From: Octopus vulgaris
Taxonomy: Eukaryota
Length of the DNA stretch: 64,000 nucleotides
Direction: 5' to 3'
NCBI GenBank assembly: GCA_951406725.2
Contig: OX597825.1
Location: 81,096,001 to 81,160,000, forward strand
Part shown: positions 13,630 to 29,190 of the stretch, piece by piece
Numbering within the stretch: the stretch's first letter is position 1
How the letters are laid out: every line of letters begins with the position of its first letter
Notes under the pieces: generated by a model
Database searches by the model: none
What the model was told of the DNA's origin: nothing
The model's input: only the letters and a program-made list of their open reading frames with translations
Translations under genes and position numbers: made by a program

Positions 13630-14083
13630 GTATGTGTGTGTACATACAAAAATATATATATGTATGTATGTTTATATACATGCTTATATAAACATGTATA
13701 TGTATGTATGGTTATATACATGCTTGTATATATAAACATATATACCCACATGTATTCACATACATATATATCAGTGTTAGTATAAATGGATCTCCGTTAT
13801 TTCGGAGATGCCTTTTCCATCTGTTTGACTGACAAGATGGTTCAATCACTGGCACAATGTCTAACTGGCTGAGTATACCGATTCACCTTAAAACCAAATC
13901 AAAGTGATTCTATTTGAACTACAGCCGAACTGATGAATTAATGCTCCAATCCACGACGCGCTTCCTCATAGTTTCCCCTCTATCTAGTTTAACTGATATT
14001 CTGCGAGCAGAACCGAAAATATTTAAGAATTGCAAGCGTTGGAATTCGAAACAGACTTCTTATCCGGTTAGGTATAGCTCCGC

Positions 14084-14172
<89 letters not shown>

Positions 14173-14195
14173 CATACATACACACATACACCTAC

Positions 14196-14228
<33 letters not shown>

Positions 14229-14325
14229 TATATGCATATATATATATACATGTATATATGTGTATACATATATATAAATGTATATATATACATATATATA
14301 CATATATATATACATGTATATCTAA

Positions 14326-14399
<74 letters not shown>

Positions 14400-14408
14400 T
14401 TATATATA

Positions 14409-14614
14409 CAGCAACCCTTCGCCATATCGCTGTTCACCTATCGCGCACTCAGTAAATCGCGGATTTTTCTGGGTAATATATGTACATTCATGTCGCGGAC
14501 TCCTCAGTATATCGCGGGTTTCTACGGCGGATAGGTATTTATATTTCCTTAGATTTAAATTTTTTCTGTGGGTGGTTTTGGAACGTAAAACCTGCGACAG
14601 TCGAGGGATTACTG
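14409..14614. mobile_element. pogo/Tigger-like MITE, copy 2 (within the duplication)
   Basis: Same sequence as 13261-13466. Confidence 0.75.
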
Positions 14615-14658
14615 TAAATACATACATACATACATACATACATACATACATACATACA

Positions 14659-14767
<109 letters not shown>

Positions 14768-15222
14768 GTATGTGTGTGTACATACAAAAATATATATATG
14801 TATGTATGTTTATATACATGCTTATATAAACATGTATATGTATGTATGGTTATATACATGCTTGTATATATAAACATATATACCCACATGTATTCACATA
14901 CATATATATCAGTGTTAGTATAAATGGATCTCCGTTATTTCGGAGATGCCTTTTCCATCTGTTTGACTGACAAGATGGTTCAATCACTGGCACAATGTCT
15001 AACTGGCTGAGTATACCGATTCACCTTAAAACTAAATCAAAGTGATTCTATTTGAACTACAGCCGAACTGATGAATTAATGCTCCAATCCACGGACGCGC
15101 TTCCTCATAGTTTCCCCTCTATCTAGTTTAACTGATATTCTGCGAGCAGAACCGAAAATATTTAAGAATTGCAAGCGTTGGAATTCGAAACAGACTTCTT
15201 ATCCGGTTAGGTATAGCTCCGC

Positions 15223-15294
<72 letters not shown>

Positions 15295-15545
15295 CGGGGG
15301 TGAGTTCACAAAAAAACCAAAAGACGAAGATAGGTGGTGTAGACAACAAATAGATGCATGTATGTATATATGTCTGTACTTTTACGCAGGCCTACACATA
15401 TACGAAGATATATACATATATATATATATATATATACTTAAATTCAGACCTGTATATATACATAGACACACTAAGAAACACACACACACACACTACATTC
15501 ATACAAATGTCTATGTGTCTACACGCACGTGTATACTTTTCTGCC

Positions 15546-15662
<117 letters not shown>

Positions 15663-15720
15663 TGTAATAAATTATTTTGTGATATATATATCATAGATAT
15701 GTATATGTATGTATATATGT

Positions 15721-15762
<42 letters not shown>

Positions 15763-16136
15763 AGACGCATACACTCGCACACACAATCACATGTATGTAT
15801 ATATATATATATATATGTATACATATTTATATATATTTATGTATGTATGTATGTATATTTGTAAACCTAGGCTAACTGCAAACTTTAACTGCATAATGTA
15901 AAAAGTTTTTCAGTTTGATAAAAACTAGATATTCCAGTTACGTGATTGGAGACGGGTACGTAATATATGTCACCACATCAATTAGGACTCGTCATGATAA
16001 AACGTTACACGCTTTGGAACGAAAGTTAAATGTTTAAGGAGAAAAAATAGGAGGCCTTGAACGCTATCATTTTTACACCTGTCAATGGAATTCTCTACAC
16101 TTACTTGTCACAGCGATGGTCACCCAAAACTTATGC

Positions 16137-16246
<110 letters not shown>

Positions 16247-16351
16247 CATACATATATATATATACACACACACACATATATATATATATTCATTTATATA
16301 TATATAGATGTATATATATATATATGTATATATATATAAACATATATATGC

Positions 16352-16429
<78 letters not shown>

Positions 16430-16584
16430 ATTTATCTATATATGTATATATATATATGCGCAGAAAATATACAGATGTGCATATGTATGTATACATACAG
16501 TATACATATATTACATATATAAATACACATATATACATATATATATAAATATGAATATATATAACTGTGTGTATATAAGTATAT

Positions 16585-16624
<40 letters not shown>

Positions 16625-16711
16625 CTATAAATATATATACCTGTGTGTATATAAGTATATATACATGTATATATATATATATACGTATATTGTATACACA
16701 CATACATGCAC

Positions 16712-16748
<37 letters not shown>

Positions 16749-16923
16749 CCTGCATACCTACATAGTAATAATATTACACAAATATGAATATAATAATTCG
16801 TATGTAATATTAATATGTATATAAGCGTCTTAGTATACGTCTCTGTGAATAAATGTGTATGGGTGAGAGTGTGTGTTTATAAGTATAAATATGTTCGGAG
16901 TATGTGTGTGCGCATGCGTGAAT

Positions 16924-16957
<34 letters not shown>

Positions 16958-17112
16958 ATGCGTGTGCCTGTTACTTGAAAAGACTAACGGATAAATTAAG
17001 TGTTCCAAAATGTTTATGTGTTTTTCACTACTTTCCCTTTTTCTTACTCTCTAATTAGGATTTTATTTTTTCATATATATATTTATGATGTTAATAGTCA
17101 GACAGACATCAG

Positions 17113-17298
17113 TACTTACCTACCTACCTACCTACCTACCTACCTACCTACCTACCTACCTACCTACCTACCTACCTACCTACCTACCTACCTACCTACC
17201 TACCTTCCTACCTACATACCTACCTACCTACCTACCTACCTACCTACCTACCTACCTACCTACCTACCTACCTACCTACCTACCTACCTACCTACTTA
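17113..17298. repeat. (TACC)n microsatellite
   Basis: Directly visible. Confidence 0.95.
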
Positions 17299-17897
17299 CG
17301 CCACTACGTAACTGTCCACCTAGCCATTTAAGCTGCGCGCTTACATACATACCTTCACTTACATAAATATACACAGATACATTTATTCTGACTTGAATGC
17401 ACGAATATGTGTGCGAGTGTGCTCACATTTGCGAGAAAAAAGAAAACGGAACAAGTGTGTGTGTGTGTGCATACATGTGCAGTCTTATATGTTTATAGGG
17501 ATGCATACACACTCACACACAGGTATACATATACATACATTTATACAAATATTCAGCAAATTAAAATATATATATATACACACTTAAGCACACTTGCATT
17601 TAACTTATATATACATAGACACATACATACACATATATGTATATATGTATGTTTATATATGTATGTATATGTATGCATACAAGTTGAATGCTTTTCTGCA
17701 TAAGTGCATATGTATGTATCATACATATATAAATATACACATACATAAATACATATGTATATAAATAATATAGATATACATACATACATACCTAAATATA
17801 TTTATACACACACACATATATAGTTATATGTACACTTGTGTATGTATGTATATGTATATATATATTATATATATATATATATATATAAATATATATT

Positions 17898-17998
<101 letters not shown>

Positions 17999-18233
17999 TG
18001 TTTATCTATAAAGGTATTTAGATCGATTTAAACAAATGGATAGATTGAAAGCATACAAATAAAGCCTGAAGGATTAAGGAGGAGGAGGGAACAATCGTAC
18101 AATTATAATTTGAAATTAGACAACAAAAACACGTGATGGACAAAATCTAGAAATATGTAAAAACGAAGCCTTTAGCATTGCAAGAATATGTACAATGAAT
18201 ATAAGCGTATATGTATGCAAGTATGTAGTAATG

Positions 18234-18236
<3 letters not shown>

Positions 18237-18307
<71 letters not shown>

Positions 18308-18317
18308 AATAATAATG

Positions 18318-18388
<71 letters not shown>

Positions 18389-18398
18389 AATAATAATG

Positions 18399-18467
<69 letters not shown>

Positions 18468-18494
18468 GTAATGATAATGATAATAATAATAATG

Positions 18495-18557
<63 letters not shown>

Positions 18558-18590
18558 TTAACAATAACAAAAATAATAATAATAACATAA
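18237..18590. repeat. (AAT)n microsatellite with periodic GAT interruptions
   Basis: Directly visible. Confidence 0.95.
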
Positions 18591-18789
18591 TATAATATAT
18601 ATGTATATTTATATAATATGATATAATATGTATATATGTATATATATATAAAATACAAAATGCAAAGTTATATCTTGAGATTGCTAGTGATAACAATACT
18701 CAAAATATATAACAGACTGGAATTGTAGTGCTCCGAATGAGCTATATTCCACTTTGTAATGTTCCTTTAGTTGCTGCTCACATTGCCTC

Positions 18790-19080
18790 CCCTCAGATTA
18801 ACAAGTGTATATATATATAACAAATTAATAAATAAAACATATGCATATATACATACATATATGTACGTACCTACCTCTACATGTATATATTCATGCATAT
18901 ATGGGTACAGGACACCAAAAAAAACGTCGAACACAATGAGAAACGAAAACATAAACACAAAACCAAGGAACTGGACATTTCTTTTAAACAACGAAAAAAT
19001 AGAGTACAGGACAAATAACACAAGGAAAATTCCCCTTCTTCAGTTGCCATGGTTTCATCTACTCCGCGTTTCGAAGTTTG
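18790..19080 (-). mobile_element. Repeat family H3 (permuted hammerhead-like boxes)
   Basis: Minus strand: cttcGAAACGCGgagtagatgaaaccatggcaaCTGAAGAaggggaattttcc; reverse-complement homolog of 19835-20145 and 27405-27650. Confidence 0.65.
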
Positions 19081-19084
19081 TTCT

Positions 19085-19155
<71 letters not shown>

Positions 19156-19298
19156 ATCTTTTCTACTCTAGGCACAAGGCCCGAAATTTTGCGGGAGGGG
19201 TACTGTTGATTAGTTCGACCCCAGTACGCAACTGGTACTTAATTTATCGACACCGGCAGGATGCACGGCAAAGTCGACCTCGGCGAAATTTGAACTCC
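19156..19298 (-). mobile_element. SINE family A fragment (tail type 2)
   Basis: cgcaactggtacttaatttatcgac...ggcaaagtcgacctcggcgaaatttgaactc. Confidence 0.75.
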
Positions 19299-19305
19299 GG
19301 ACGAA

Positions 19306-19342
<37 letters not shown>

Positions 19343-19834
19343 TACATTTATATATACATAGATACACATATACATAGTGCGCACGCGCACGCACACACAC
19401 CTACACGAACGCACATACACACAAACACACATACCCAAGCGTGCACATATACATATAAAGCAGGGAACGGAGATAATACGACCACAGTTATTTGTTTTTA
19501 TATTTCATTTTTGCAAAAAATTCTACGCACTTTTGTTTTAATTGTGAAAGTTTAATTTTGTGAAACTAATCTTTATTTAAGTATTTCTCTGCTGTGCGTG
19601 CTTGCGCGCGCGCGCGCGCGCGTGTGTGTGTGTTTGTGTGAGTATATATATAAAAAGCCCTCAATGTTGGTTTCCTTACCCTGTTTTTATTCTTTATGTG
19701 TACTGTATTTTTATTTGTATTGCTTTTACGTCCTGTTCTTGTCCCTTTTTTTCTTTTTTTACCCCTCTGCAAACGAATTTTATTTAATTCATTTTGCAGA
19801 AAGGACTGCTTCGGCCGGATCGTGTTCTGCCCTT

Positions 19835-20033
19835 ACCTTCGAAACGCGCATTGAGTCGAACCATGGGCAGCTGATGAAGGGGAATTTTCCTTGTATTGTT
19901 TGTCTTGTACTCTGTTTTTTTCGTTGTTAAAAAAAGTCCGTTTCCTTGTTTGTTTTTATGTTTTCGTTTCTCGTTGTGTTCTACGTTTATTTGTGGTGTC
20001 CTGTACTCATATATATATATATATAAATATATG

Positions 20034-20079
<46 letters not shown>

Positions 20080-20145
20080 TGTATATATACATATAGATGT
20101 AGGTATGTACATATATGTATGTATGCATATGTTAAATTGTTATTA
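19835..20145 (+). mobile_element. Repeat family H3
   Basis: ccttcGAAACGCG...cagCTGATGAaggggaattttccttgtattgtttgtc. Confidence 0.65.
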
Positions 20146-20190
20146 TATGACTGAGCGCCTCGCGTCGTTTCTTATCCTCCAAGTAAGTTG

Positions 20191-20267
<77 letters not shown>

Positions 20268-20349
20268 TATATGTATGTATTATGTATATATATCCCTTTT
20301 CTCTTCTGTAGAGGAACGAAAGGCTTGAAACGTCACATATGTACATATA

Positions 20350-20570
20350 TTCTTTTGTTCTTTTATTCTTTTATATGTTTCCGTCATTTGACTGTGGACA
20401 TGCTGGAGCTCTATCCTAAATGGTTGTAGTCGAACAAATCAACCCCAGGACTTATTCTTTACAAGCCTAGTACTTAGCCGAACCGCTGAGTAGCGGGGAC
20501 ATAAACACACCAGCATTAGTTGCTAAGCGTATGTGGGGGAACTGACACAGACACAAAGACACATACACAC
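20350..20570 (-). mobile_element. SINE family B 3' part
   Basis: gtcatttgactgtggacatgctggagc...gtcgaacaaatcaaccccaggacttattctt. Confidence 0.75.
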
Positions 20571-20589
20571 AAAAATATCTATCTATCTT

Positions 20590-20736
20590 TGTTTTCCTTT
20601 TTTTTTTGTTCTTTCTTCCCTTTAACGATCCCTTTTGATCGAAAACCTACGCCACCTTTTTTTCTACCCCAAAAGAAAAGCTCTACCTTGTAACTTGTCC
20701 CATCTGTGTGCAGCCCTGTGTGGCCAATAAAGAAAC
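20590..20736 (+). mobile_element. 3' end of a non-LTR element (Tx1-like) inserted in (TATC)n
   Basis: Ends cttgtcccatctgtgtgcagccctgtgtggccaataaagaaac then (TATC)n; inverted homolog at 58727-59050, also in (GATA)n. Confidence 0.6.
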
Positions 20737-20827
<91 letters not shown>

Positions 20828-20833
20828 CCTGTA

Positions 20834-21640
20834 CAGAGTGCGATGGGTAGATTGTCGACATTTTATGGTTTTGATTTTGCGTATGCGTATTATCATTTTT
20901 TATTTTGTTGACAACACAGTATAGTCGGGTCAGTTGGGCACCGTCTGTGAGAAAAATAGCGCCATAACGGAACTCACTCTGCCAGAAATTTGGAAACGAT
21001 ATGCGGTACTCTTTGGCATTCGCGCAAGAAGCTCCAATACGAACATTTCAGAGTGTTTGGGTGTCAATTTGAGGACAGTGCAGAGGGTTTGGAAAGAATT
21101 TGATGAGTCTAATGGTGATTACGAAGGTACGGCAGCTCTAAAAACGCACTCCGATCGTTCTGATAAGAAAAGAACTCCTGAATCTTTTGGTGTGATCCAG
21201 GACATAACTGATAACGATCCCTCCAAGTCAATAAGATCCATGACCAAGGAGATGAGAGTGTCTTAGTTTCTTATCAGGCAGGTAGTTCATGAAAGCATTC
21301 GGTATTCTTCATACAAGATGAGAATGGGCTAATTTTTATCCCAAGCCATCAAGGATAAGAAGAAAGACCGCGCTACGATGCACTTGAACAAAATCAAACA
21401 TCCCTGCCAACCGAACATGCTTTGGTTTTTCTCGGACGAGAAATATTTCTGCCAGCATCAGATGGTGAACACACAGAACAACCGTTGGTATGCCGTGTCC
21501 CTAAAACATGTACCGAGAGTGATAAATATCAAACATCCAGTTAACATCATGGTGCTTGGACTGATCACTAGTGATGGCGACGTTATGAACCATTCATCTT
21601 CCCACACGGCCTCAGACTCAACAGGGAGGCCTACATCAAG
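20834..21640 (+). mobile_element. Tc1/mariner superfamily (maT/DD37D-like) transposon, 5' part with decayed transposase (~20964-21600)
   Basis: TA|cagagtgcg start; HTH-like NISECLGVNLRTVQRVWK; NDPSKSIRSMTKEM; LWFFSDEK (first catalytic D); NTQNNRW; KHPVNIMVLGLITSDG; in-frame stops; 3' part missing. Confidence 0.85.
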
Positions 21641-22713
21641 GCCTACATCGATGGAATACCAATAAGAAAACAAGTCAAAAAGATAAACGAACGAATTTAT
21701 CTGACAATTGAATACATAAATCTTTCCAAGGTCGTTGTTCTGCCGAAATTTCTTTTTTTCCCTCCTCTTAAGAATCCTAATTTTTGTGTTAAATCACTGA
21801 AAATAACAATAAATCTTTGTGCTAAATCTTAACTCTTTCACTGTTGTCTTCTACTTTAAGAAGATTTCGACTCTTGTAGCTTTTTCCTCGAACATCTGTT
21901 GGAAGGAATTCTCTTCCGTCTTCTTTCTCATCGATAAATATAATCTTAAATCTTTTAAGTCTTGCATTAACCGTTTTATAATTCTTGGGGTATGTTCTCT
22001 TTAGATTATTTCCGTTTTCTTTCATAACTCCTAACATATCAAGTGGCCGCTTGAAGTCCGTTTTATTGCCTGTTGCTTACCATATTCTTAAGAAAGGAAA
22101 AAATCCAATAAAGAACACACACACACACACACATTTATATGTGTATGTGTGTGTGTACAAAACGAAGGTGAATCTTCTAAAGCGACTATTTGTCACACTG
22201 CTCCTTCATCCAGCTTTTAAACCCGCCAATAAATCTGTGGAATCAAACCCCTGTTATTACAATTGCTATGGATAAACGATAAACCAGATCTTCTTTATGG
22301 ATTATTCAAAACTAAAAATATCTCTTATCTGCTTTTTGTATTAATCCAGCCGTGCCCATATTTCAAATAAGAATATGTTCTACCTTCCTGTTTTAATGTA
22401 CAAAATAATTAAGAATTACGAGAAGTTCAATGAAATAACAACCTTTTAAGTTTATTATAAAAGACGTTTATTAAATTTGAACAAGGAGTCATGGTCACTT
22501 CACCCTCCTCCAAACATGGTCAGTCAGCCTCTGAAGAAGAATCTTTGCACTATGCAGTTTCGGACCACATTGTCTTATGCCTCCTAATATTACAGATACA
22601 GTTATGATTATACTAGTCCTGTTAAAAAGAAAGAAAGAAAAAAAACATAGGATCTTGGTTTTTTAAAAGCCTCATTACATAGAGTAATATAATTGGCAGA
22701 AATATAATGTGAA

Positions 22714-23070
22714 GTCGCATGGTTCCGTGGTTAGAGCGTCGAGCTTACGATCGTGAGGTTGTGAGTGCGATTCCCGGACCCTTGGGCAAGACACTTTATT
22801 TCACGTTGCTCCAGTTCACTCAGCTGTAGAAATGTGTTGCGACATCACTAGTGCCAAGCTGCATCGGCCCCTTTGCCGATACAGTACTGGTACTCCGTCG
22901 CTTACGACGACGAGGGTTCCTGCTTGTAAGATTAACGTGCAAGTGGCTGAGCGCTCCACAGACACGAATAACCTTCAGAGTTTTTTCTCGGGGAGATCCA
23001 GCGTCATACAGAATGTGACAAGGCTGCCCCTCCCTTCAAATTACAGGTACTGCTCAATTTTCGCCCGTTG
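22714..23070 (+). mobile_element. SINE family C (tRNA-like head)
   Basis: tggttccgtggttagagcgtcgagcttacgatcgtgaggttgtgagtgcgattcccgg...gcaagacactttatttcacgttgctccag; homolog at 42491. Confidence 0.8.
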
Positions 23071-23192
23071 AACAGACTGGAGCAACGAGAAATGAAGTGC
23101 CTTGCCCAAGAACACAACGCGTCGCCGGGAATTGAACTCATAACCTTACAATCGTGAGCCGGATAACCCAACCACTAAGCCACGCACCTTCG
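23070..23192 (-). mobile_element. SINE family C-like head, opposite orientation
   Basis: aaatgaagtgccttgcccaagaacac...gggaattgaactc...aaccactaagccacgcacc. Confidence 0.7.
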
Positions 23193-23460
23193 CCAGTAAC
23201 ATTACTGGTACTATAACACCCACCTCTTCATCTTCACGACCAACACTACTACTGCTACCCCTACCAAAACTACATCTGCCACTACTGCCATAACTACTCT
23301 ACTATGCCACTAACACAACCACCGACACCACCGCTACCATCACTACCACCAGCACCCTCCCCCTTTTCACAACCCTTAAGACACACCAGCGCCACTCCTA
23401 CCTGTAATTCACCCCAAATCCTGTAAACTCACGCTCTCCGCCGCATCATCACTGAAATTT

Positions 23461-23522
<62 letters not shown>

Positions 23523-26160
23523 TTACTACCACCACTACTACTGCTGCTGCTGCTGCTGCTACTACTACTAATATTACTACTGCCTTTACCAACCAACCAC
23601 CACCACCACCAGCATCATCATCATTACAACTACCACCGCTACACCCACAAAAAATCCAACAATACCAACACTATAACCACAACCACCACCATGACCATCC
23701 CTACCCCTACCTCCACCACCACCACAAACCACAACATCAACCACCACCACCACCACAACCACAACCACAGCCCACCACCATATCCACTACTACTACTACC
23801 ACCACAACGACCATCTCTACCCCTACCACCTCTACCACCACCACCACCACCACCACAACGACAACAACAACAGCGGCAACTACCACCACAACCACAACCA
23901 CAACCACAACCACCACCACCACCACCACCACCACTACTACTACTACTACCGCCACTGCCACCACGACCATCCCTAACTCTACTCCTACCACTTCTACCAC
24001 CACCACCACCACCACCACCACCACAACAACAACAACAACAGCAGCAACTACCACCACAACCACAACCACAACCACAACCACCACCACCATCCCTACCCTA
24101 CCCCTATCACCTCTCCCACCACGCCCACCACCACCAATACATCACATGTTCTGCCAGCGACCACCAACCAACCAACCAGCCAACCAACCAACCGACCAAC
24201 CAGCCAACCAGCCAGTCAACCAGCCACCCAACCCGGCAACTCTCTCTCTCTATATATATCAAGCCAGTCAGATCGTTTGAGCTGAAGTTAGCGAAAATCC
24301 TCAAAATAGTTTGCGCTCATTATCATATTGATCTGACAATTTTACATTTTTCACTCAGATTATTAATAATGGGCCTCATTCCCTCCGTTTTATTTTTCAT
24401 TTCTATTCTATATTATCTTATTTTATTTGTTCCATACTTTTAACTTTATATATTTGTGCCTTCAATTTTTATTTACGTATTATTTCTCTCATATTCTATC
24501 ATTTTTTAAACTTAGTTTTGCATCATCATCATCATCATCATCATCATTATTATTATTGTTCTTATTGTTGTTGTTATCGCTGTTGTTGTTATTTCGAAAG
24601 ATCGTATTGTTTGTAAGGCTCTCAAAAATATAGTCTTTCGGCTATAATAGGCCTGTGTTTGTTATTAGAAAAGAGAGAGAGATTTTATATCAATTCTCTC
24701 TAATAACAGGTATTGTCGGCGGGAGGGAGTGATGGCGGGTGTTGTGGGGCGGCGGTGGTTGTCCGCAAAAGTATTGGTGGGCGTGTGTGGGTGCAGGGGC
24801 TGGTGGTGGGGGACTGGTGCAAACTGTAAGGTGCCAGGGAGGACTGGAGTGATTTTGGTAGAAAAGATATAACAAAAATATGAAGTAATAAAACAAAATA
24901 AAAAAAATAAGTATAAATGAATCTAAAACGATTGCGGTGGGTTTTTATTTTCTCTTTATTTCTGTCTTAAACTGAATTATAACCACAAAAAAAAAAAATA
25001 ATAATAATAAAACCCCCAAAAGCTCACCATCTTTCCCCGCCAAATTTCTCTCGCCTCTTCTCGACACCATTCCCGTGTTCCACACGCAAACCCATTCACA
25101 GACAAGGAGAAATAAAATATAAATAAAAAAACTCTAGAAAACACAAGAAAAGAAAATAACATTCACCCAACAAACAAAAATAAACGCCAAAATCAACAGT
25201 TTCAGCGGTGTTTAGCTATTCCATTGTTCGTTCGTTTGTTTTTTACGTTATTTTACAAGTTCTTGCGGGTTTCTACGTTTTTTTACGTGTTTTTTACGTG
25301 GTTTCTTCTTTGAATTTTGGCGCATATATTTCCTTTCTTTTTCTCCTCTTTATTTTCTTTATCTTCTTTGTTTGTTAGGTTCGGCTGTTGTTTATTTTTT
25401 GCTCTTTCTTGTTTTGTTTTCGAAATTGCTCTATAGATCTTTAATACGTTTCACTCTATAGAGAGTTATTTATATATAAGTAGCAATTCTTCTCTCTGAC
25501 TTCAATGGTTCTTAAAATATTCTTTTATTCTACAAAATGCACAGCTAAAAGGGAGAGAAAAACAGAGAGAAAGAGACAGAGAAGAAAACAGAGAGAGAAA
25601 GAGAAATTTTGATTTATTCCTCATTTTGTATTCTTTTTTTATATTTCTTTACCATAGTTTAAATATATGCTTTTATTCTTTTCCTTCATTTATGGTTTTT
25701 TTTTGTCATTTGTTTTTTTTCTAATTTTATTCTTAGTTTTATCACCAAGATTGCATTTTTATTATTGTTGAAAAAAATAACCAGTATTTGTTATTAGTGC
25801 TGTTGTTGTTGTTGTTAAATACAAGTTGCTCAAGATAACGAATGTATATTTTTACATGCCTTTATTTCTCAGACCCGGTTCCTCTCCATTATTTCATTTT
25901 CACACAAAACGCACAAACACACACACACATACGCACACACACAAACACACACACACAAACACACACACACACACACACACATACGCACACACACACACAC
26001 ACACGCGCACAAACACACACACACATGCACGCATATATTCAGTTCTCTTACAGACTCTCTCACTCTTTCTCTCTCTCTCTATATATATATATAAATATAT
26101 AATATTCATATATATATATGCATATATATATGTATATATATATGTGTATATATATGTATG

Positions 26161-26194
<34 letters not shown>

Positions 26195-26195
26195 T

Positions 26196-26227
<32 letters not shown>

Positions 26228-26236
26228 CATACATGA

Positions 26237-26297
<61 letters not shown>

Positions 26298-26414
26298 TAT
26301 ATGTATATGTATGTGTGCATGTGTGCAAACGAGTAGGTGTCAAATATATTTGACTAAGATTAAAGAACTTACCCCAACGCCTCCGAATAAACAACTTCCA
26401 GTATGTTTTAAAGT

Positions 26415-26567
<153 letters not shown>

Positions 26568-26957
26568 ACTTGTCTTTTGGTCAACACCCTTTCTTCGGAT
26601 TTTTGGTTCATTTTTTCTTTTCTCTTTTGATTTAATACATTCAAATGAAAATCTAGACACAAACACACACACACACACACACACGCAAAATATATACAAA
26701 ATATACATTCATGCATATGAGTATATATGTGTATGTGTGTGCCTCTGTCTATATATGTGTGTGTGTGTTTGTGTGCGCGTGTGTGGGTGTGTGTGTAATG
26801 TTCACTATGATGAGATTCGATATAAAGGAATTAGTTACATTCCTGCATATATATGTTTATATTTGTGTGTCTCTGTAGGTATCTACTAATGCATATGTGT
26901 ATATGTATATACGTATGTATATGCATATGTACTTACATATACATTATAAATATATAT

Positions 26958-26998
<41 letters not shown>

Positions 26999-27127
26999 TA
27001 TATATATACACATATATGTATATATATATATTCACACATATATACACATATTTACACATACATATATGTATATATGTATATATATATAAATATATATCGT
27101 CGTACACATACATATATATACATATGT

Positions 27128-27164
<37 letters not shown>

Positions 27165-27206
27165 CATAATATCACCCATAGAAATAACAGCCAAAGCTTA
27201 TATATA

Positions 27207-27252
<46 letters not shown>

Positions 27253-27303
27253 GTATATATACATATATATGTATATATATGCATATACATATACATATGA
27301 ATG

Positions 27304-27337
<34 letters not shown>

Positions 27338-27362
27338 TATATATGTATATATATATGTATAT

Positions 27363-27404
<42 letters not shown>

Positions 27405-27405
<1 letters not shown>

Positions 27406-27650
27406 GAGTAGAAACAGGGGCAGCTGATGAAGGGGAATATTCCTTGTATTGTTTGTCTTGTACTCTGTTTTTTCGTTGTTAAAAAAGGCCGTTTCCTTGT
27501 TTGATTTTATGTTTTCGTTTCTCGTTGTGTTCTACGTTTATTTGTGGTGCCCTGTACTCACATATGCATGTATATATACATATAGATGTAGGTATGTACA
27601 TATATGTATGCGTGTATGCATATGTTTTATTTATTAAATTAAATTGTTAT
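27405..27650 (+). mobile_element. Repeat family H3, 5'-truncated, in (TA)n
   Basis: ggcagCTGATGAaggggaatattccttgtattgtttgtc, closely similar to 19866-20145. Confidence 0.7.
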
Positions 27651-27652
27651 TA

Positions 27653-27703
<51 letters not shown>

Positions 27704-27735
27704 CATATACATAAATATATATATATACATATATA

Positions 27736-28302
27736 CACTACCGTCAGAAATTAATTAGCACCCTTGATTTGCTCACGATGAAGCATGGTGGGGGTGGTCT
27801 GATGGTATGAGGGGCGTTCAGCTACAGTGGTGTTGGGCGGCTCTATGCCGTCGAAGGCAACATCAACGCAGCAAAGTACGTTGAGATAGTACGGGATACC
27901 TCTTTGGTGGCGAGGAGTACGTGCTGGCCAGTCACCTGACCTGAACCCTATTGAGAACCTCTGGAGTCGATTGGGTAGGGATTTGAATGTGCAGCAATAC
28001 AGGAACCGACACGAGCTGTTTGGGGCACTTCTTGCTGCATGAGGGGCCATCCCTGCACAGTACCTGCAGGCACTCATAGACAGCATGCCGACCCGCGTAG
28101 CAGCTGTCATTGCTGCCAAAGGAGGAGCAACAAGATATTGACTAAATTTCACGATTAATAACAATTATGTGGTATGCTGGGATATGTTTTAATAAATTTT
28201 TGATTAAAAACGAGTTCGTTTCTGATAATAAGTTAATTAAATTAAGAAAATGTAAGAAAATCTAGAAATTTGAGAAGTGCTAATTAATTTCCGACGCAAG
28301 TG
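27736..28302 (+). mobile_element. Internally deleted Tc1 (DD34E-type) transposon with both TIRs
   Basis: TA|cactaccgtcagaaattaattagcac ... gtgctaattaatttccgacgcaagtg|TA; residual KHGGGGLMV*GAFSYSGVG, QSPDLNPIENLW, SMPTRVAAVIAAKGGATRY*. Confidence 0.92.
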
Positions 28303-28319
28303 TATATACATATTCATAA

Positions 28320-28745
28320 TCTTTTATTCTTTTGTTCTTTTAGTTGTTTTAGTCATTTGACTGTGGCCATGCTGGAGCACCGCCTTTAGTCGAACAAATC
28401 GACCCCAGAACTTATTGTTTGTCATCTAGTACTTATATTCTGTCGGTGTCTTTTGCCGAACTGCTAAGTAACGGGAACGTAAACACACAAACATCGGTTG
28501 TCAAGCGATTGTGGGCAGACAAACACAGGCACACAAACATATACACGCACATACATACATATGCATATAAATATACAAATATATATTTATATATATATGA
28601 CGGTTTTTTTCAGTTTCCGTCTACCAAATCCACACACAAGGCTTTAATCGACTCGAGTAGAAGACACTTGCCAAAGGTGCCACACTGTGGCACTGAACGC
28701 GGAACCTTGTGGTTGGGAAGCGCGGTTCTTATCACGCAGCCACTG
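28320..28745 (-). mobile_element. SINE family B, near full length
   Basis: Colinear with 1894-2308. Confidence 0.85.
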
Positions 28746-28879
28746 CTGTATATATATATTATATGTAAATTGTGTATGCATATGTGTGCATGCATTTATG
28801 CAAAGAGAAGTTTATAACAACGGGAGACATAGAATTAAGACACAGAATATTTATACTAATGTATTTATCGTGGGAAGTG

Positions 28880-29190
28880 GAAGCACATGGCCTAGTGGTC
28901 AAAGCAGCGGTCTCGCGGTCGCGGGATTGCGGATTCGATCTCAGGCCGGGCGATGTGTGTGTTTATGAGCGAAACACCTGAGCTCCACGTGACTCCGGCA
29001 GAAGGTAGTGGTGAACTTCTACTGACTCTTTCGCCACAACCTTCATTCACTCTCTCCCCTCCTGCATCTAACTGCTCACCTGAGACGGACCGGCGTTCCA
29101 TCCAGGTGGGGAACCTATACGTCAATGAATCCAGGAAACCGTCCCTTATGAGCCAAGCATGGCTTAAGAAGGAACAAACAACAACAACAT
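28880..29190 (+). mobile_element. tRNA-headed SINE with (ACA)n tail (fourth family or C variant)
   Basis: tggcctagtggtcaaagc (A-box-like)...gattcgatctc (B-box-like); ends aaggaacaaacaacaacaac. Confidence 0.65.

Noticed and set aside
19604-19632. (CG)n/(TG)n potential Z-DNA run
   Set aside because: Alternating purine-pyrimidine runs are ubiquitous in this window and nothing indicates a specific function
21822-22037. Minus-strand 71 aa ORF next to the transposase relic
   Set aside because: No motif recognised; possibly decayed LINE sequence but unsupported
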